From Gammaproteobacteria bacterium (lineage in GTDB: Bacteria; Pseudomonadota; Gammaproteobacteria; Arenicellales; Poriferihabitantaceae), in NCBI GenBank assembly GCA_030432755.1, contig JAUILZ010000007.1, positions 92,389 through 156,388 of the forward strand: 64,000 nt of DNA, read 5' to 3'. Positions 38,543 through 50,046 of the stretch are shown here, in pieces (within the stretch, counting starts at the first letter, position 1; each line of letters starts with the position of its first letter). Both the position numbers and the translations under genes were made by a program. The notes beneath the pieces are model-generated. The model did no database searches, was not told where the DNA came from, and saw only the letters and a program-made list of their open reading frames with translations.

Positions 38543-39778
38543 ATGGCCAGGAAATCCCACAGCAACCTCATCGTCGGCATCGATATCGGCACCTCCAAGG
38601 TGCTGGCCATCGTCGGCGAGATCGGCGCCGACGGCGAGCTCGAGGTCATCGGTGTCGGCCATCATCCCGCGCGCGGGCTGCGCAAGGGGGTGGTGGCCAA
38701 TATCGAGTCCACGGTCCAGTCCATCCAGCGCGCGGTAGAGGAAGCCGAGCTCATGGCCGGCTGCCAGATCTACTCGGTGTTCGCCGGCATCGCCGGGGCG
38801 CATATCAACAGCTTCAACTCCCATGGCGTGGTGGCGGTGCGCGATGGCGAGGTCACCCACGGCGATATCGAGCGCGTGATCGAGGCGGCGAAGGCGATGG
38901 CGATCCCCAATGACCAGCGCATCCTCCACGTCATGCCCCAGGACTTCATCATCGACGGCCAGGATGGCATCCGCGAGCCGGTCGGCATGAGCGGGGTGCG
39001 GATGGAGGCCAAGGTGCACATGATCACCGGCGCGGTGAGCGCGGCGCAGAACATCGTCAAGTGCATCCGCCGCTGCGGCCTCGAGGTGGATGACATCATC
39101 CTCGAGCAGGTGGCCTCGAGCGAATCGGTGCTCACCGAGGACGAGCGCGAGCTCGGCGTCTGCCTGATCGATATCGGCGGCGGCACCACCGACATCGCGA
39201 TTTTTTCCGAGGGCGCGATCCGTCACACCGCGGTGATTCCCATCGCCGGCGACCAGGTGACCAACGATATCGCGGTGGCGTTTCACACGCCGACGCCGGC
39301 GGCGGAAGAACTGAAGAAGAAGTATGGCTGTTGCCTCGCCCAGATGGTGGACGAGAACCAGCTGGTGGAAACCCCGAGCATGGGGGGCAGGCCGCCGCGT
39401 ACCCTGTCGCGCCAGAATCTCGCCGAGATCATCGAGCCGCGGGTCGAGGAACTGCTGCTGCTGGTGCAGGCGGAACTGAGGCGCAGCGGCTTCGAGGAAC
39501 TGGTGGGCTCCGGCATCGTGATGACCGGGGGCAGCTCGCGCATGGAGGGAATGATGGAGCTGGCGGAGGAGATCTTTCACCTGCCGGTCCGCCTCGGGGT
39601 GCCGAACTACAGCGGCGCCCTCAGCGAGGTGGTGAAAAACCCGATCTACGCCACCGGCATAGGCCTGATCCAGTTTGGTCACGCCAACCGGTCGAAGGTC
39701 AGCCAGATCAGCCAGGAGCCCGGCGGGTTCCGCGCCCTGCTGGAGCGCATGAAGGGCTGGTTCAAGGGGAGTTTCTAA
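38543..39778 (+). CDS. ftsA: Cell division protein FtsA
   Basis: 411 aa actin-like ATPase. VGIDIGTSKV, DIGGGTTDIAIF, GIVMTGGSS, and a C-terminal amphipathic helix (LERMKGWFKGSF). Confidence 0.96.
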   Translation: MARKSHSNLIVGIDIGTSKVLAIVGEIGADGELEVIGVGHHPARGLRKGVVANIESTVQSIQRAVEEAELMAGCQIYSVFAGIAGAHINSFNSHGVVAVRDGEVTHGDIERVIEAAKAMAIPNDQRILHVMPQDFIIDGQDGIREPVGMSGVRMEAKVHMITGAVSAAQNIVKCIRRCGLEVDDIILEQVASSESVLTEDERELGVCLIDIGGGTTDIAIFSEGAIRHTAVIPIAGDQVTNDIAVAFHTPTPAAEELKKKYGCCLAQMVDENQLVETPSMGGRPPRTLSRQNLAEIIEPRVEELLLLVQAELRRSGFEELVGSGIVMTGGSSRMEGMMELAEEIFHLPVRLGVPNYSGALSEVVKNPIYATGIGLIQFGHANRSKVSQISQEPGGFRALLERMKGWFKGSF

Positions 39779-39909
39779 CGTCATGAAGTACGAAGTCATG
39801 GCACACGGTTTCGCGCTGGTGGTGACGCCGGCGGAAGGTTCGAAGCGGCGGGTGAATCAAACAGGCCCGCGGTTTCCTTTTTTGACTTGCATAACTGGAG
39901 GCGATAAAC

Positions 39910-41085
39910 ATGTTTGAACTGGTAGAAGCGGTAAGCCAGCAGGCGGTGATCAAGGTCATCGGTGTTGGTGGCGGCGGCGGCAACGCCGTCGAGCACATGT
40001 TGCGGGCAGACCTGGAGGGCGTGGAGTTCATCAACGCCAACACGGACGCGCAGATGCTGTCGCGTTCGAATGCTCCGACGATCCTGCAACTCGGTCAGAA
40101 CCTGACCAAGGGCCTTGGCGCCGGCGCCAATCCCGACATCGGCCGCCAGGCGGCGATGGAGGATCGCGACCGGATTGCCGATGCCATCGACGGCGCGGAC
40201 ATGGTGTTCATCACCGCCGGCATGGGTGGCGGCACCGGCACCGGCGCGGCGCCGATCATTGCCGAGATCGCGCGCGAGAAGGGCATCCTCACCGTGGCGG
40301 TGGTGACCCGTCCGTTCCCGTTCGAGGGCAAGAAGCGCATCGATCTCGCGCTGCGCGGGATCGGCGAACTGCAGGAGCACGTGGACTCCCTCATCACGAT
40401 TCCGAACGAGAAGGTTCTCGCGGTGATGGGCCACGAGGCCACCCTGGTGGACGCGTTCGCGAAGGCTAACGAGGTGTTGTTCAACGCGGTGCAGGGCATT
40501 TCCGAACTGATCACCCGGCCGGGCCTGATCAACGTCGACTTTGCCGACGTGCGTACGGTGATGTCGGAGATGGGCAAGGCGATGATGGGTTCCGCCACCG
40601 TGAGCGGGGAAAACCGCGCGGTGGAGGCGGCGCGCCAGGCGATTTCGAGCCCGCTGCTGGAGGACATCAACCTGCACGGCGCCAAGGGCCTGCTGGTGAA
40701 CATCACCGCGGGGCCGGACATGGCGATCGGCGAATTCGAGGCGGTGGGCAACGCGATTCACGAATACGCCGCCGCGGATGCCAACGTGGTGATCGGCACC
40801 GCGTTCGACCCGGAGATGCAGGGCGACCTGCGGGTGACCATGGTGGCCACCGGCCTCAGCGATCCGAAAGCGGCGAAGCCGGAAGTGGAGAAGGCGCAGC
40901 CTCTCAAGGCAGCGCCTCCGCCACGGGAAGAAAAGGCGGAAAAGCTGCCCAAGGGCGCGGTGGCGCCGCCACGACGGTTCGCCCGCGGCAGCGGTGGAGC
41001 GGCGGCGACGGCCACCGCCGAGGCGCGCCAGCTCGACCTGGATCATCTCGACATCCCGGCGTTCCTCCGACGCCAGGCTGACTGA
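39910..41085 (+). CDS. ftsZ: Cell division protein FtsZ
   Basis: [14 protein letters not shown], tubulin signature [12 protein letters not shown], and C-terminal [16 protein letters not shown] lies 8 nt upstream of the ATG. Confidence 0.98.
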   Translation: MFELVEAVSQQAVIKVIGVGGGGGNAVEHMLRADLEGVEFINANTDAQMLSRSNAPTILQLGQNLTKGLGAGANPDIGRQAAMEDRDRIADAIDGADMVFITAGMGGGTGTGAAPIIAEIAREKGILTVAVVTRPFPFEGKKRIDLALRGIGELQEHVDSLITIPNEKVLAVMGHEATLVDAFAKANEVLFNAVQGISELITRPGLINVDFADVRTVMSEMGKAMMGSATVSGENRAVEAARQAISSPLLEDINLHGAKGLLVNITAGPDMAIGEFEAVGNAIHEYAAADANVVIGTAFDPEMQGDLRVTMVATGLSDPKAAKPEVEKAQPLKAAPPPREEKAEKLPKGAVAPPRRFARGSGGAAATATAEARQLDLDHLDIPAFLRRQAD

Positions 41086-41170
41086 TCCCGGCCGGGAAAC
41101 CGGGGCCATGTCGGGCCAGAACCGGCAAATCGTGCAAGTCCGGCGGGCGGGTACTGACAACCGAAAATGG

Positions 41171-41199
41171 TTCTCATCTGAACCGAATTGGTGTAGTAT
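41171..41199 (+). promoter_or_regulatory. Candidate sigma70 promoter for lpxC
   Basis: TTCTCA (41171-41176), a 17-nt spacer, then TAGTAT (41194-41199), in the 170-nt ftsZ-lpxC spacer. The hexamers are only a moderate match. Confidence 0.3.
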
Positions 41200-41255
41200 C
41201 CGCCCGTTTCCCGCCTACAATATAAAATTTTCTTATACTCGCTCGGTTATCCGGG

Positions 41256-42164
41256 ATGATCAGACAGCGCACGCTTAAAAACATCATACGCGCCACGGGG
41301 GTTGGCCTGCATACCGGGCAGAAGGTATATCTCACGCTGCGTCCCGCGGTGGAGGATTCCGGCATCGTCTTCGTGCGCACCGACCTCGATCCCGCGATAT
41401 CCGTTCCCGCGCGTCCGGAAAACGTCAGTGACACCCGCCTGTCGACGACGCTGGAACGGGACGGGGTGAAGATCTCCACCGTCGAACACCTGATGTCGGC
41501 CTTCGCCGGCCTGGGCATCGACAATGCCACGGTGGAACTGAGCGCGCCCGAGGTGCCCATCATGGATGGCAGCGCGGGTCCGTTCGTCTTTCTGCTCCAG
41601 TCCGCGGGGATTCACGAGCAGAAGAAACTGAAAAAATTCATCCGAATCAAGAAGCCCTGCATCCTCCAGGAGGACGACAAGTGGGTGAAGTTCGAGCCCT
41701 TCAACGGCTTCAAGGTGTCCTTCGCCATCGACTTCGATCACCCGATCCTGAAGAGTTCGACGCAGACGGCATCGGTGGACTTCTCCACCACGTCCTTCGT
41801 CAAGGAAGTCAGCCGTGCGCGGACCTTCGGCTTCATGGACGACCTCGAGGCCCTGCGAAACGCCGGCCTCGCCCAGGGCGGCAGCTTCGACAACGCCATC
41901 GTCATGGACTCGTTTCACATCCTGAACGACGACGGCCTGCGCTACGAGGACGAGTTCGTCAAGCACAAGGTGCTCGACGCGATCGGCGATCTCTACCTGC
42001 TGGGCCACCCGCTGATCGGCGAGTTCAGCGCCCACAAGTCCGGTCACGAACTCAACAATCGCCTCCTGCGCCAGCTCATCGCGGATCGTACCGCCTGGGA
42101 ACTGGTGTCCTACGAGGATGAGGCCGAGGTTCCCATCGCCTTCGTGCGCAGCGCGACCGCCTGA
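41256..42164 (+). CDS. lpxC: UDP-3-O-acyl-N-acetylglucosamine deacetylase LpxC
   Basis: [43 protein letters not shown]. Confidence 0.97.
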   Translation: MIRQRTLKNIIRATGVGLHTGQKVYLTLRPAVEDSGIVFVRTDLDPAISVPARPENVSDTRLSTTLERDGVKISTVEHLMSAFAGLGIDNATVELSAPEVPIMDGSAGPFVFLLQSAGIHEQKKLKKFIRIKKPCILQEDDKWVKFEPFNGFKVSFAIDFDHPILKSSTQTASVDFSTTSFVKEVSRARTFGFMDDLEALRNAGLAQGGSFDNAIVMDSFHILNDDGLRYEDEFVKHKVLDAIGDLYLLGHPLIGEFSAHKSGHELNNRLLRQLIADRTAWELVSYEDEAEVPIAFVRSATA

Positions 42165-42212
42165 TACCGCATTCACCCGGTGCCCATCAGCGCCCGGGTA
42201 TTGATTCCGGCG

Positions 42213-42704
42213 TTATTTCCTCCCCGCTTCGGATTCACCGGCGTCCGTCCCGGTGCCCGTGCCCTCCTCGCCCGCAGCGCGCCGCGCAAGCCGCTCCATC
42301 GCCGCCTTCAGTCCCGCGTGCTCGATATGCCTCGCGGTCAGCGCAATACCACGCCGGCTACTGGCGGAAACCGTTACCTCGCGCTTGGGCGGGCGAGGTG
42401 GCGACAGCGGCGCGGGCGTCGCCCGCACCACCAGTTTCGTTACCCCGAACGGCTCGAGCGTGGAGAGGATGCGGCGCTGCTGGTGCCGGAGCTCCGTGGC
42501 CCAGATCGCCGACCGGGTATAGACCACCAGCCTGCCGGATTCGAACAGCAAGGGATGGCTCATGACCGCCGCGCGGCCCGCGCATTTGCTCCAGCGGCTG
42601 CGGATCTGCGCCTGCCGGTCATCCCCCGCGGGGACATCCTGGCCCGCGCCGACGTCCCGCGGCAGGAGGTCTCTGATTGCCTTCGGGTGCTTTATTTTCC
42701 GCAT
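42213..42704 (-). CDS. dciA: DUF721/DciA-like protein
   Basis: 163 aa. Core LLFESGRLVVYTRSAIWATELRHQQRRILSTL is typical of DUF721. It occupies the lpxC-secA position seen in other proteobacteria. Confidence 0.65.
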   Translation of the reverse strand: MRKIKHPKAIRDLLPRDVGAGQDVPAGDDRQAQIRSRWSKCAGRAAVMSHPLLFESGRLVVYTRSAIWATELRHQQRRILSTLEPFGVTKLVVRATPAPLSPPRPPKREVTVSASSRRGIALTARHIEHAGLKAAMERLARRAAGEEGTGTGTDAGESEAGRK

Positions 42705-42748
42705 GTTGCAGCCATCTGCCGTGTATGAACGAACCCGTGGCCGGACTC

Positions 42749-42757
42749 TGGCATAAT
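42749..42757 (+). promoter_or_regulatory. Candidate extended -10 element upstream of secA
   Basis: TGgCATAAT at 42749-42757, ending 80 nt upstream of the secA ATG in the divergent dciA-secA spacer. Confidence 0.35.
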
Positions 42758-42837
42758 CCCGGCCTGCTTTTCCGGACCCGGCCCCGCTCTTCCGATAGCG
42801 GCACAGCCAGCGGGCCGGGGCACATCATACTGGATCC

Positions 42838-45615
42838 ATGCTGCAAAACGTACTGAAGAAAGTGTTCGGCGATCGCAACCAGCGTCTGCTGAACAAGATG
42901 CACAAGATCGTAACCCGGATCAACGACCTCGAGGAGGAGACGCGCGCACTGGATGACGCCGCGCTTGGCGCGCGCACTGCCGAGTTCCGGGAACGCATCG
43001 CGGGGGGCGAAAGCGTCGATGACGTCCTGCCGGAAGCCTTCGCGGTAGTGCGCGAGGCGGCGGTGCGGACCCTGGGCCTGCGCCACTACGACGTCCAGCT
43101 CATCGGCGGCATGGTGCTGAACGATGGCAAGATCGCGGAGATGAAGACCGGCGAGGGCAAGACCCTGGTCGCCACGCTGCCCGCTTATCTCAACGCCGTG
43201 GCCGGGGTGCCGGTGCATATCGTCACGGTGAACGACTACCTCGCCCGCCGCGACGCGGAGTGGATGGGCAAGATCTATTCCTTTCTTGGGCTTACGGTGG
43301 GCGTTATCGCCTCGGGGCAACCCGCGGAGGAAAAACGCGCGGCCTACCAGAGCGACATCGTCTACGGCACCAACAACGAGTACGGATTCGACTACCTGCG
43401 GGACAACATGGCGTTCTCCGCGGAGGACCGTTTTCAGAAAGGGCTGGGATTCGCCATCGTCGACGAGGTGGATTCGATCCTGATCGACGAGGCGCGCACC
43501 CCGCTCATCATTTCCGGTCCCGCCGAGGAAAGCAACGAGCTCTATCAAAAGATCAACCTGGTGGTGCCGAAGCTGGTGCGCCAGCAGGAGGAGGACGGGC
43601 CGGGAGATTTCAGTATCGACGAAAAGGCGCGCCAGGTATCCCTCACCGAGGAAGGCCACGAGCATGCCGAGGAGCTGCTGGTCACCGAGGGGCTGCTCGA
43701 GGAGGGCGCGAGCCTGTACGAGATCGGTAACATCAGCCTGCTGCATCACCTCTACGCAGCGCTGCGCGCGCATAACCTGTTCAAGCGCGACGTCGACTAC
43801 ATCGTGCGCGATGGGCACGTCGTCATTATCGACGAGTTCACCGGCCGGATGATGACCGGACGTCGCTGGTCCGACGGGCTGCACCAGGCGGTGGAAGCCA
43901 AGGAGGGGGTTCAGATCCAGCAGGAAAACCAGACCCTGGCGTCGATCACCTTCCAGAACTATTTCCGCCTCTACGACAGGCTCTCCGGCATGACCGGCAC
44001 CGCGGACACCGAGGCGCCGGAATTCCACCAGATCTACGGTCTCGAGGTGGTGATCCTGCCGACCAACAAGCCGATGATTCGCGACGACCAGCCGGATCTC
44101 GTGTATCGCACCACGAAGGAGAAGTACGACGCCATCGTCGAGGCGATCCAGCAATGCCAGAAGCGAAACCAGCCGGCGCTGGTGGGGACCGCCTCCATCG
44201 ATTCGTCCGAGTACCTCTCCGGCGTCCTGAACAACCTCAAGATCGATCACCAGGTACTGAACGCCAAGCAGCACGAGCGCGAGGCGGAAATCATCGCCGA
44301 GGCCGGACGGCCCGGGCGCGTGACCATCGCCACCAACATGGCGGGGCGGGGAACCGATATCGTGCTCGGCGGCAACCTGGAGCTCGAGCTGGCGAAACTC
44401 GACGAAGCCGAGCATGCCGCCGCGAAGCAGTCCTGGAAGGAGCGCCACCAGCAGGTGCTCGACGCCGGTGGCCTGCACGTGCTCGGTACCGAGCGCAACG
44501 AGTCGCGACGAGTGGACAACCAGCTCCGCGGTCGTTGCGGCCGCCAGGGCGACCCGGGATCGAGCCAGTTCTTCCTCTCGCTCGAGGACAACCTGATGCG
44601 GATCTTCGGCTCCGGCCGGATATCCACGCTGATGCAGAAGCTGGGGATGGAAGAGGGCGAGGCCATCGAGCATCCCTGGGTGACGCGCGCGATCGAGAAT
44701 GCTCAGAAAAAGGTCGAAGGGCATAACTTCGATATCCGCAAGCAATTGCTCGAATACGATGACGTGGCGAACGAGCAGCGCAAGGTGATCTACGAACAGC
44801 GCAATACGCTCATGGCCACCGACGACATCTCGGAAACCATCCGCGACAACCGCGCGGAGGTGATCGACGCCGTCATCAACCGCGGCATTCCGCCGCAAAC
44901 CCTCGAGGAGCAGTGGGACATCCCGGCGCTCGAACAGGACCTGGCAAAGGAATTCGGCATCGAGTTACCGGTGTCGAAATGGCTGGAGGAGGACGAATCC
45001 CTGCACGAGGAAACCCTGCGGCGGAAGATCACCGACGCGATCGAGGGAATGATCGCGGACAAGGAGAAGCGGGTCGGACCAGAGGCCATGCGCCACTTTG
45101 AAAAGGCGGTGATGCTGAAAATCCTCGACGAGCAGTGGAAGGAACACCTTGCGAGCATGGACCACCTGCGCCAGGGCATCGGTCTGCGCGGTTACGCCCA
45201 GAAGAACCCCAAGCAGGAATACAAGCGCGAGGCCTTCGAGATGTTTTCCCGCCTGCTGGACGACGTGAAATACACGGTATCGACGACCCTCGCGAGGCTG
45301 CATATTCCGACCGAGGAGGAAATCGCCGAGATGGAGGCGCGCCAGCGGGAACTGCAGCGCCAGCAGCAGCAACAGGCAATGAACTTTATCCACGCGGAGG
45401 CCGGCGCACCGGCAACCGCGGAAGGTGCGGAAGGCGGCGAGGGCGGCGAGGGCGGCGATGCGGAAGCGGAGGGCCGCGTGATCCGGCCGCAGCGCCGGCC
45501 GCAGGCTGCCCCGCAACAGCCGGTGATCCGCCAGGGCAAGAAGATCGGCCGCAATGAGCCCTGTCCCTGTGGTTCGGGCAAAAAGTACAAGCAATGCCAT
45601 GGCCGGCTTGGTTGA
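42838..45615 (+). CDS. secA: Preprotein translocase ATPase SecA
   Basis: 925 aa. Walker [38 protein letters not shown], and a C-terminal zinc finger [14 protein letters not shown]. Confidence 0.98.
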   Translation: MLQNVLKKVFGDRNQRLLNKMHKIVTRINDLEEETRALDDAALGARTAEFRERIAGGESVDDVLPEAFAVVREAAVRTLGLRHYDVQLIGGMVLNDGKIAEMKTGEGKTLVATLPAYLNAVAGVPVHIVTVNDYLARRDAEWMGKIYSFLGLTVGVIASGQPAEEKRAAYQSDIVYGTNNEYGFDYLRDNMAFSAEDRFQKGLGFAIVDEVDSILIDEARTPLIISGPAEESNELYQKINLVVPKLVRQQEEDGPGDFSIDEKARQVSLTEEGHEHAEELLVTEGLLEEGASLYEIGNISLLHHLYAALRAHNLFKRDVDYIVRDGHVVIIDEFTGRMMTGRRWSDGLHQAVEAKEGVQIQQENQTLASITFQNYFRLYDRLSGMTGTADTEAPEFHQIYGLEVVILPTNKPMIRDDQPDLVYRTTKEKYDAIVEAIQQCQKRNQPALVGTASIDSSEYLSGVLNNLKIDHQVLNAKQHEREAEIIAEAGRPGRVTIATNMAGRGTDIVLGGNLELELAKLDEAEHAAAKQSWKERHQQVLDAGGLHVLGTERNESRRVDNQLRGRCGRQGDPGSSQFFLSLEDNLMRIFGSGRISTLMQKLGMEEGEAIEHPWVTRAIENAQKKVEGHNFDIRKQLLEYDDVANEQRKVIYEQRNTLMATDDISETIRDNRAEVIDAVINRGIPPQTLEEQWDIPALEQDLAKEFGIELPVSKWLEEDESLHEETLRRKITDAIEGMIADKEKRVGPEAMRHFEKAVMLKILDEQWKEHLASMDHLRQGIGLRGYAQKNPKQEYKREAFEMFSRLLDDVKYTVSTTLARLHIPTEEEIAEMEARQRELQRQQQQQAMNFIHAEAGAPATAEGAEGGEGGEGGDAEAEGRVIRPQRRPQAAPQQPVIRQGKKIGRNEPCPCGSGKKYKQCHGRLG

Positions 45616-45651
45616 GTTGTTGCCAGAAGCTGGTGTGTCGTTCCTGGCGCC

Positions 45652-46884
45652 ATGAAGTCAGGCAAGGTCTCTCCCCTGGCTCCGGAGAGTTTCCCGGACC
45701 TGCCACCGATACCGGGTATTCGGCTCGGCGCGGTGGCGGCGGAAATCCGTTACCGTGGCCGTGACGATCTCATGCTCGCGGGGTTCGATCCGGGCGCCAC
45801 GGTGGCCGGCGTACTCACGCGATCCGGCGCCGCCAGCGCCCCGGTGACCTGGTGCCGCGAACGCCTTGCCGCGGGACGCGCGGGCGCGCTAGTCGTCAAT
45901 GCAGGCAACGCCAACGCGTTCACCGGCGAGACCGGTCATCGTGATGTACGCAGCACCTGCGAAGGCGTGGCGGAAGCGCTGGGCTGCGACGTCGATACGG
46001 TATTCGTCGCCTCCACCGGCGTCATCGGCGAGTTCCTGCCCATGGAGCGCCTGCTGGCTGCGCTGCCCGACGCCGTCGCCGGCCTCGGGGATCACTGGGA
46101 ACGCGCCGCGCGCGCCATCATGACCACGGATACCTTCGCCAAGGGCGCGACGCGCAGCGCGCGCATCGGCGAGACATCCGTACGGATCAACGGTTTTGCC
46201 AAGGGCTCCGGCATGATCGAGCCCAACATGGCCACCATGCTGGCATTCCTGTTCACCGACGCCGCCATTCCCGGCGACCTGCTGCAGACGATGCTTACCG
46301 CGGCCAACGCGGAGTCGTTCAACGCGATCACCGTGGACAGCGATACCTCCACCTCGGACACCTGCCTGCTGTTCGCCTCCGGCGCCGCGGGCAATGCGCC
46401 GCCGACCGCCGTGGATGACCCCGCGCTCGCGGGTTTTCGCGAGGCCCTGGCGGAGCTGATGCAGGATCTCGCGATCCAGGTGGTGCGCGACGGCGAGGGC
46501 GCGGAAAAGCTGATCGAGGTGCGCGTTACCGGCGCGGAAAGCGACGCCGCGGCGAAGGTGGCGGCCAAGAGCATTGCCAATTCCCCGCTGGTGAAGACCG
46601 CGGTGGCGGGTGAGGACGCCAACTGGGGGCGCGTGGTGATGGCGGTGGGCAAGTCCGGCGTGGCATTCCGCCAGGAAGACCTCGGCGTCGCCTTCGGCGG
46701 GGTGACCATCGCGCGCCACGGGAGCAGGGTCGAGGACTACGACGAGTCGCGCGTGACAGCGCATCTCAAGGGAAGGGAAATCCTGATCGAGGCCGATCTC
46801 TCCGCCGGACCAGGCCGGGCCCGGGTCTGGACCTGCGACCTGACCCACGGCTACATCGCGATCAACGCCGACTACCGTTCCTGA
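45652..46884 (+). CDS. argJ: Bifunctional glutamate N-acetyltransferase / amino-acid acetyltransferase ArgJ
   Basis: 410 aa. VVNAGNANAFTG, autoprocessing region KGSGMIEPNMATMLAFLFTDA, and C-terminal INADYRS. Confidence 0.95.
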   Translation: MKSGKVSPLAPESFPDLPPIPGIRLGAVAAEIRYRGRDDLMLAGFDPGATVAGVLTRSGAASAPVTWCRERLAAGRAGALVVNAGNANAFTGETGHRDVRSTCEGVAEALGCDVDTVFVASTGVIGEFLPMERLLAALPDAVAGLGDHWERAARAIMTTDTFAKGATRSARIGETSVRINGFAKGSGMIEPNMATMLAFLFTDAAIPGDLLQTMLTAANAESFNAITVDSDTSTSDTCLLFASGAAGNAPPTAVDDPALAGFREALAELMQDLAIQVVRDGEGAEKLIEVRVTGAESDAAAKVAAKSIANSPLVKTAVAGEDANWGRVVMAVGKSGVAFRQEDLGVAFGGVTIARHGSRVEDYDESRVTAHLKGREILIEADLSAGPGRARVWTCDLTHGYIAINADYRS

Positions 46885-46887
46885 ACC

Positions 46888-47310
46888 TTGACGCCGACGG
46901 CTCCGGACAACCGGTTGTACGTGGTCGTCGGGGTGCTCGTGGATGATGCCGGCAACGTCCTCATCCAGCAGAGACGCCCGGGCACCCCGCGCGCGGGCCA
47001 GTGGGAATTTCCCGGTGGCAAGCTGGAGCCCGGGGAGTCGGCGGTCGCCGCGCTGGCTCGGGAACTCGCCGAGGAACTCGGCATCCGCGTGGATCACGCG
47101 GAGTTTCTCGCGGTGGTGACCCACGACTACGATCATGCCCGGGTCTGGCTCGACACCTACATGGTACGCGACTTCAGCGGCGAAGCAGTTGGCCGGGAAG
47201 GGCAGGAACTGGCGTGGGTGCCAACATCGGCGGTAACGGACTACGATATCCTCGAAGCGGTACACCCGATCCTCGACGCCCTGGAGCGCCACCAGGAAGT
47301 CCGCCGCTGA
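46888..47310 (+). CDS. mutT: 8-oxo-dGTP diphosphatase MutT (NUDIX)
   Basis: 140 aa. Nudix box GGKLEPGESAVAALARELAEELG and WEFPGG. TTG start at 46888, 3 nt after the argJ stop. Confidence 0.85.
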   Translation: MTPTAPDNRLYVVVGVLVDDAGNVLIQQRRPGTPRAGQWEFPGGKLEPGESAVAALARELAEELGIRVDHAEFLAVVTHDYDHARVWLDTYMVRDFSGEAVGREGQELAWVPTSAVTDYDILEAVHPILDALERHQEVRR

Positions 47311-47328
47311 TCGGAGACCGGCTGGCGA

Positions 47329-47925
47329 TCAGCCGAAAGCTTCCTTGAGCGCGAGGAATACGTCCCCGACCCGCGCCGCGAGGGTCCCGGCGTCGGCGTC
47401 ATTTCTTATGACATGGTCCGCCGCGACCATCCGCTCTTCATCGCTGGCCTGTTGCGCCATGATTCGCAGCACTTCGTCACGCGACATGCCCCGGGAAGTC
47501 TCCAGGCGCCGGATGCGCTCTTCCCGGGGGCAATGGACGACCACCACGCGGTCCATGTCGCGGTCGCGGCCGCTTTCCACCAGCAGCGGGATCTCCAGGA
47601 TGCAGAAGGGAGCGTCCGAGGCCGCGGCCATGGCATCCATCCTCTCCCGAATCAGGGGATGCAGAAGTTCCTCGAGCCATTGGCGCTCCCCGGGATCGGC
47701 GAACACGCGCCGGCCCAGGGCGGCGCGGTCGAGGGTTCCATCGTCCGAGAGGATACTGTCGCCAAACTTCTCCCGAATCGCCCCAAGCGCCGGGCCGCCC
47801 GGGGCGCAGACATCGCGCGCCACCTGGTCCGCGTCGATGACCGGCACGCCGTGTCCCGCGAACAGCGCCGCCACGGTGGACTTGCCGCTGCCGATGCCGC
47901 CGGTGAGGCCGATACGCGCCGCCAT
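47329..47925 (-). CDS. coaE: Dephospho-CoA kinase
   Basis: 198 aa. IGLTGGIGSGKSTVA P-loop. It lies downstream of pilD, as in the conserved pilBCD-coaE arrangement. Confidence 0.93.
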   Translation of the reverse strand: MAARIGLTGGIGSGKSTVAALFAGHGVPVIDADQVARDVCAPGGPALGAIREKFGDSILSDDGTLDRAALGRRVFADPGERQWLEELLHPLIRERMDAMAAASDAPFCILEIPLLVESGRDRDMDRVVVVHCPREERIRRLETSRGMSRDEVLRIMAQQASDEERMVAADHVIRNDADAGTLAARVGDVFLALKEAFG

Positions 47926-48794
47926 CAGAAGGCGAACAGCTTCAGGTAGCCGCTGGTGATTCGTTCGCCCCAGAGCAACGTGGCCCAGCCTCCGAGTGCG
48001 AGGAACGGGCCGAAGGAAACCGCCGCGCGGCGATCGAGTCCGCGCAACAGCATCAGCCCGACCGCCACCAGGGTGCCGGCGAGGGAGGACAGCAGTACCA
48101 CGGTGGGCAGCATCTCCCAGCCGAGCCAGGCGCCGAACGCGGCGAGCAGCTTGAAGTCGCCATAGCCGAGCCCCTCACGCCCCGTGAGCCGGTAGTGCAC
48201 CTGGTAAACCAGCCAGAATCCAAGGTAGCCCACGATGGCGCCGATCACCGCCGACTCGAGGGTGGTAAACAGGCCGAACAGGTTGGCGATCAGGCCGCCC
48301 CAGAGGAGTTTCAGCGTGAGGTCATCCGGGAGTAGCTGGTGGTCGAGGTCGATCACCGCGAGGGCGATCAGGGTCCAGACGAGAAACAGCGCGCCGACGA
48401 GTGGCCAGCCGATGCCGAAATGCCAGCCAAGATGCACGGTGGCGAGCGCGGTGACCAGTTCGACCACCGGGTAGCGCCAGTGGATACCCGTTCCGCATGC
48501 CGCGCATTTGCCGCGCAGCAGCAGGTAGCTGACGATCGGGATATTATGCCAGGCGCGCAGTCCGGCGCCGCAAGAGGGGCAGCGCGAGGCCGGCCGGCTG
48601 AGGTTGAAGACTTCCCGCGGAGAGTCGTCCGCGCCGTCCGGGCCTTCCAGCAATTCCGCGCACTGGCGCCGCCACTCGTTCTGCAGCATCACCGGGAGGC
48701 GCAGGATCACGACATTGAGAAAACTGCCGATGCAGGCGCCCAGCAGGCCGAGGAAAACCAGCCCCCAGGTCGGGTGTTGCAGCAGTGTCAGCAA
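47925..48794 (-). CDS. pilD: Prepilin peptidase / N-methyltransferase PilD
   Basis: 289 aa polytopic. Paired Cys motifs SRCPSCG...GKCAACG, and the catalytic-Asp context GYGDFKLLAAFG. Confidence 0.93.
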   Translation of the reverse strand: MLTLLQHPTWGLVFLGLLGACIGSFLNVVILRLPVMLQNEWRRQCAELLEGPDGADDSPREVFNLSRPASRCPSCGAGLRAWHNIPIVSYLLLRGKCAACGTGIHWRYPVVELVTALATVHLGWHFGIGWPLVGALFLVWTLIALAVIDLDHQLLPDDLTLKLLWGGLIANLFGLFTTLESAVIGAIVGYLGFWLVYQVHYRLTGREGLGYGDFKLLAAFGAWLGWEMLPTVVLLSSLAGTLVAVGLMLLRGLDRRAAVSFGPFLALGGWATLLWGERITSGYLKLFAF

Positions 48795-48812
48795 GCGAAC
48801 GGCTGCTGGCCG

Positions 48813-50036
48813 TCAGAACACGGCGCCCAGCTTGAAGATCGGCAGGTACATGGCGATGACGATGGTGCCGACGATGATGCCGAGGATGATGATGAGGAAC
48901 GGTTCCACCAGGCTGCTGATGACCGCCACCGCGTTGTCCACCTCGTTCTCGTAGAAGTCCGCGACCTTGTCGAGCATGCGCTCGAGCTCGCCGGTCTCCT
49001 CGCCGGTAGCCACCATCTGCAGCACCATGCCGGGGAACAGCCCGGTATCCGCCATGGAGCTCTCCAGGGTGCGGCCGGTGGATACCTCGCGCCGGACCGC
49101 GAGCATGCCGTCGCGGTAGATGCCGTTGCCCGCGGCGCTGGCCACGGTCTCGAGGGAGTCCACCAGCGGGATACCGGCGCCGAACATCGTCGCCAGGGTG
49201 CGCGCGACGCGCGCGATGATGGCCTTGCGGATGATCGGGCCGAATATCGGGATCTTGAGGATGAACTTGTCCATCAGGTACTGCATCTTCGTCGATCGCT
49301 TGTAGGCGAATACCAGCGCCGTCGACGCCACCATGGTGACCAGCAGGTAAACCGCCCAGTGCTCCTGCACCGAGTGTGACAGGTCCACCACCCAGCGGGT
49401 CAGGGAAGGCAGGTCGGCGCCGAAGTCCTGGAACAGGACCTCGAACTCTGGAATCACCACGATCAGCAGCACCGCGACGATGACGATCGCGACGATGATG
49501 ACCAGCGCCGGGTAGAACAGCGCGGAACGCACCTTGCTCTTGATCTCCTCGATCTTCTCCAGGTACGAGGCGATCTTGTTCATCAGGATATCGAGCGTGC
49601 CCGATTGCTCGCCCACGGTCACGAGGCTGGTGTAAAGCCGGTTGAAATGCTCGGGATGCTTGCGCAGCGCGGAGCTCAGGTTGGTGCCCGCCTCGACGTC
49701 GCCGCGGATCTTGCCCAGCAGCGTCTTGACGCCGGCATTCTCATGGCCCTGGGAGATGCCACGCAGGGACTGGGCAATGGGAATGCCCGCCTCGATCATG
49801 GTCGCGAGCTGACGGGTGAGGAACACGATGTCCTTGACCTTGACCGTGTTGCCGAAGCTGAACAGCGGCTTGGCCTGCTTGCGCAGCTTCTTGACCCGGA
49901 CGCCCTGGCGGCGCAGCAGCATGCGCGCGGTCTGCAGGTTCTGCGCCTCGATCTCGCCACTGGCCTTGCGGTTCGCCTTGTCGAGACCGCTCCACTTGAA
50001 GACGACCGGTTCGGATTTGGACTTTGCCTTGGCCAT
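48813..50036 (-). CDS. pilC: Type IV pilus platform protein PilC
   Basis: 407 aa with the duplicated GspF/PilC domain. FTRQLATMIEAGIPI and RVARTLATMFGAGIPL. Confidence 0.95.
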   Translation of the reverse strand: MAKAKSKSEPVVFKWSGLDKANRKASGEIEAQNLQTARMLLRRQGVRVKKLRKQAKPLFSFGNTVKVKDIVFLTRQLATMIEAGIPIAQSLRGISQGHENAGVKTLLGKIRGDVEAGTNLSSALRKHPEHFNRLYTSLVTVGEQSGTLDILMNKIASYLEKIEEIKSKVRSALFYPALVIIVAIVIVAVLLIVVIPEFEVLFQDFGADLPSLTRWVVDLSHSVQEHWAVYLLVTMVASTALVFAYKRSTKMQYLMDKFILKIPIFGPIIRKAIIARVARTLATMFGAGIPLVDSLETVASAAGNGIYRDGMLAVRREVSTGRTLESSMADTGLFPGMVLQMVATGEETGELERMLDKVADFYENEVDNAVAVISSLVEPFLIIILGIIVGTIVIAMYLPIFKLGAVF

Positions 50037-50046
50037 GCTATCGATC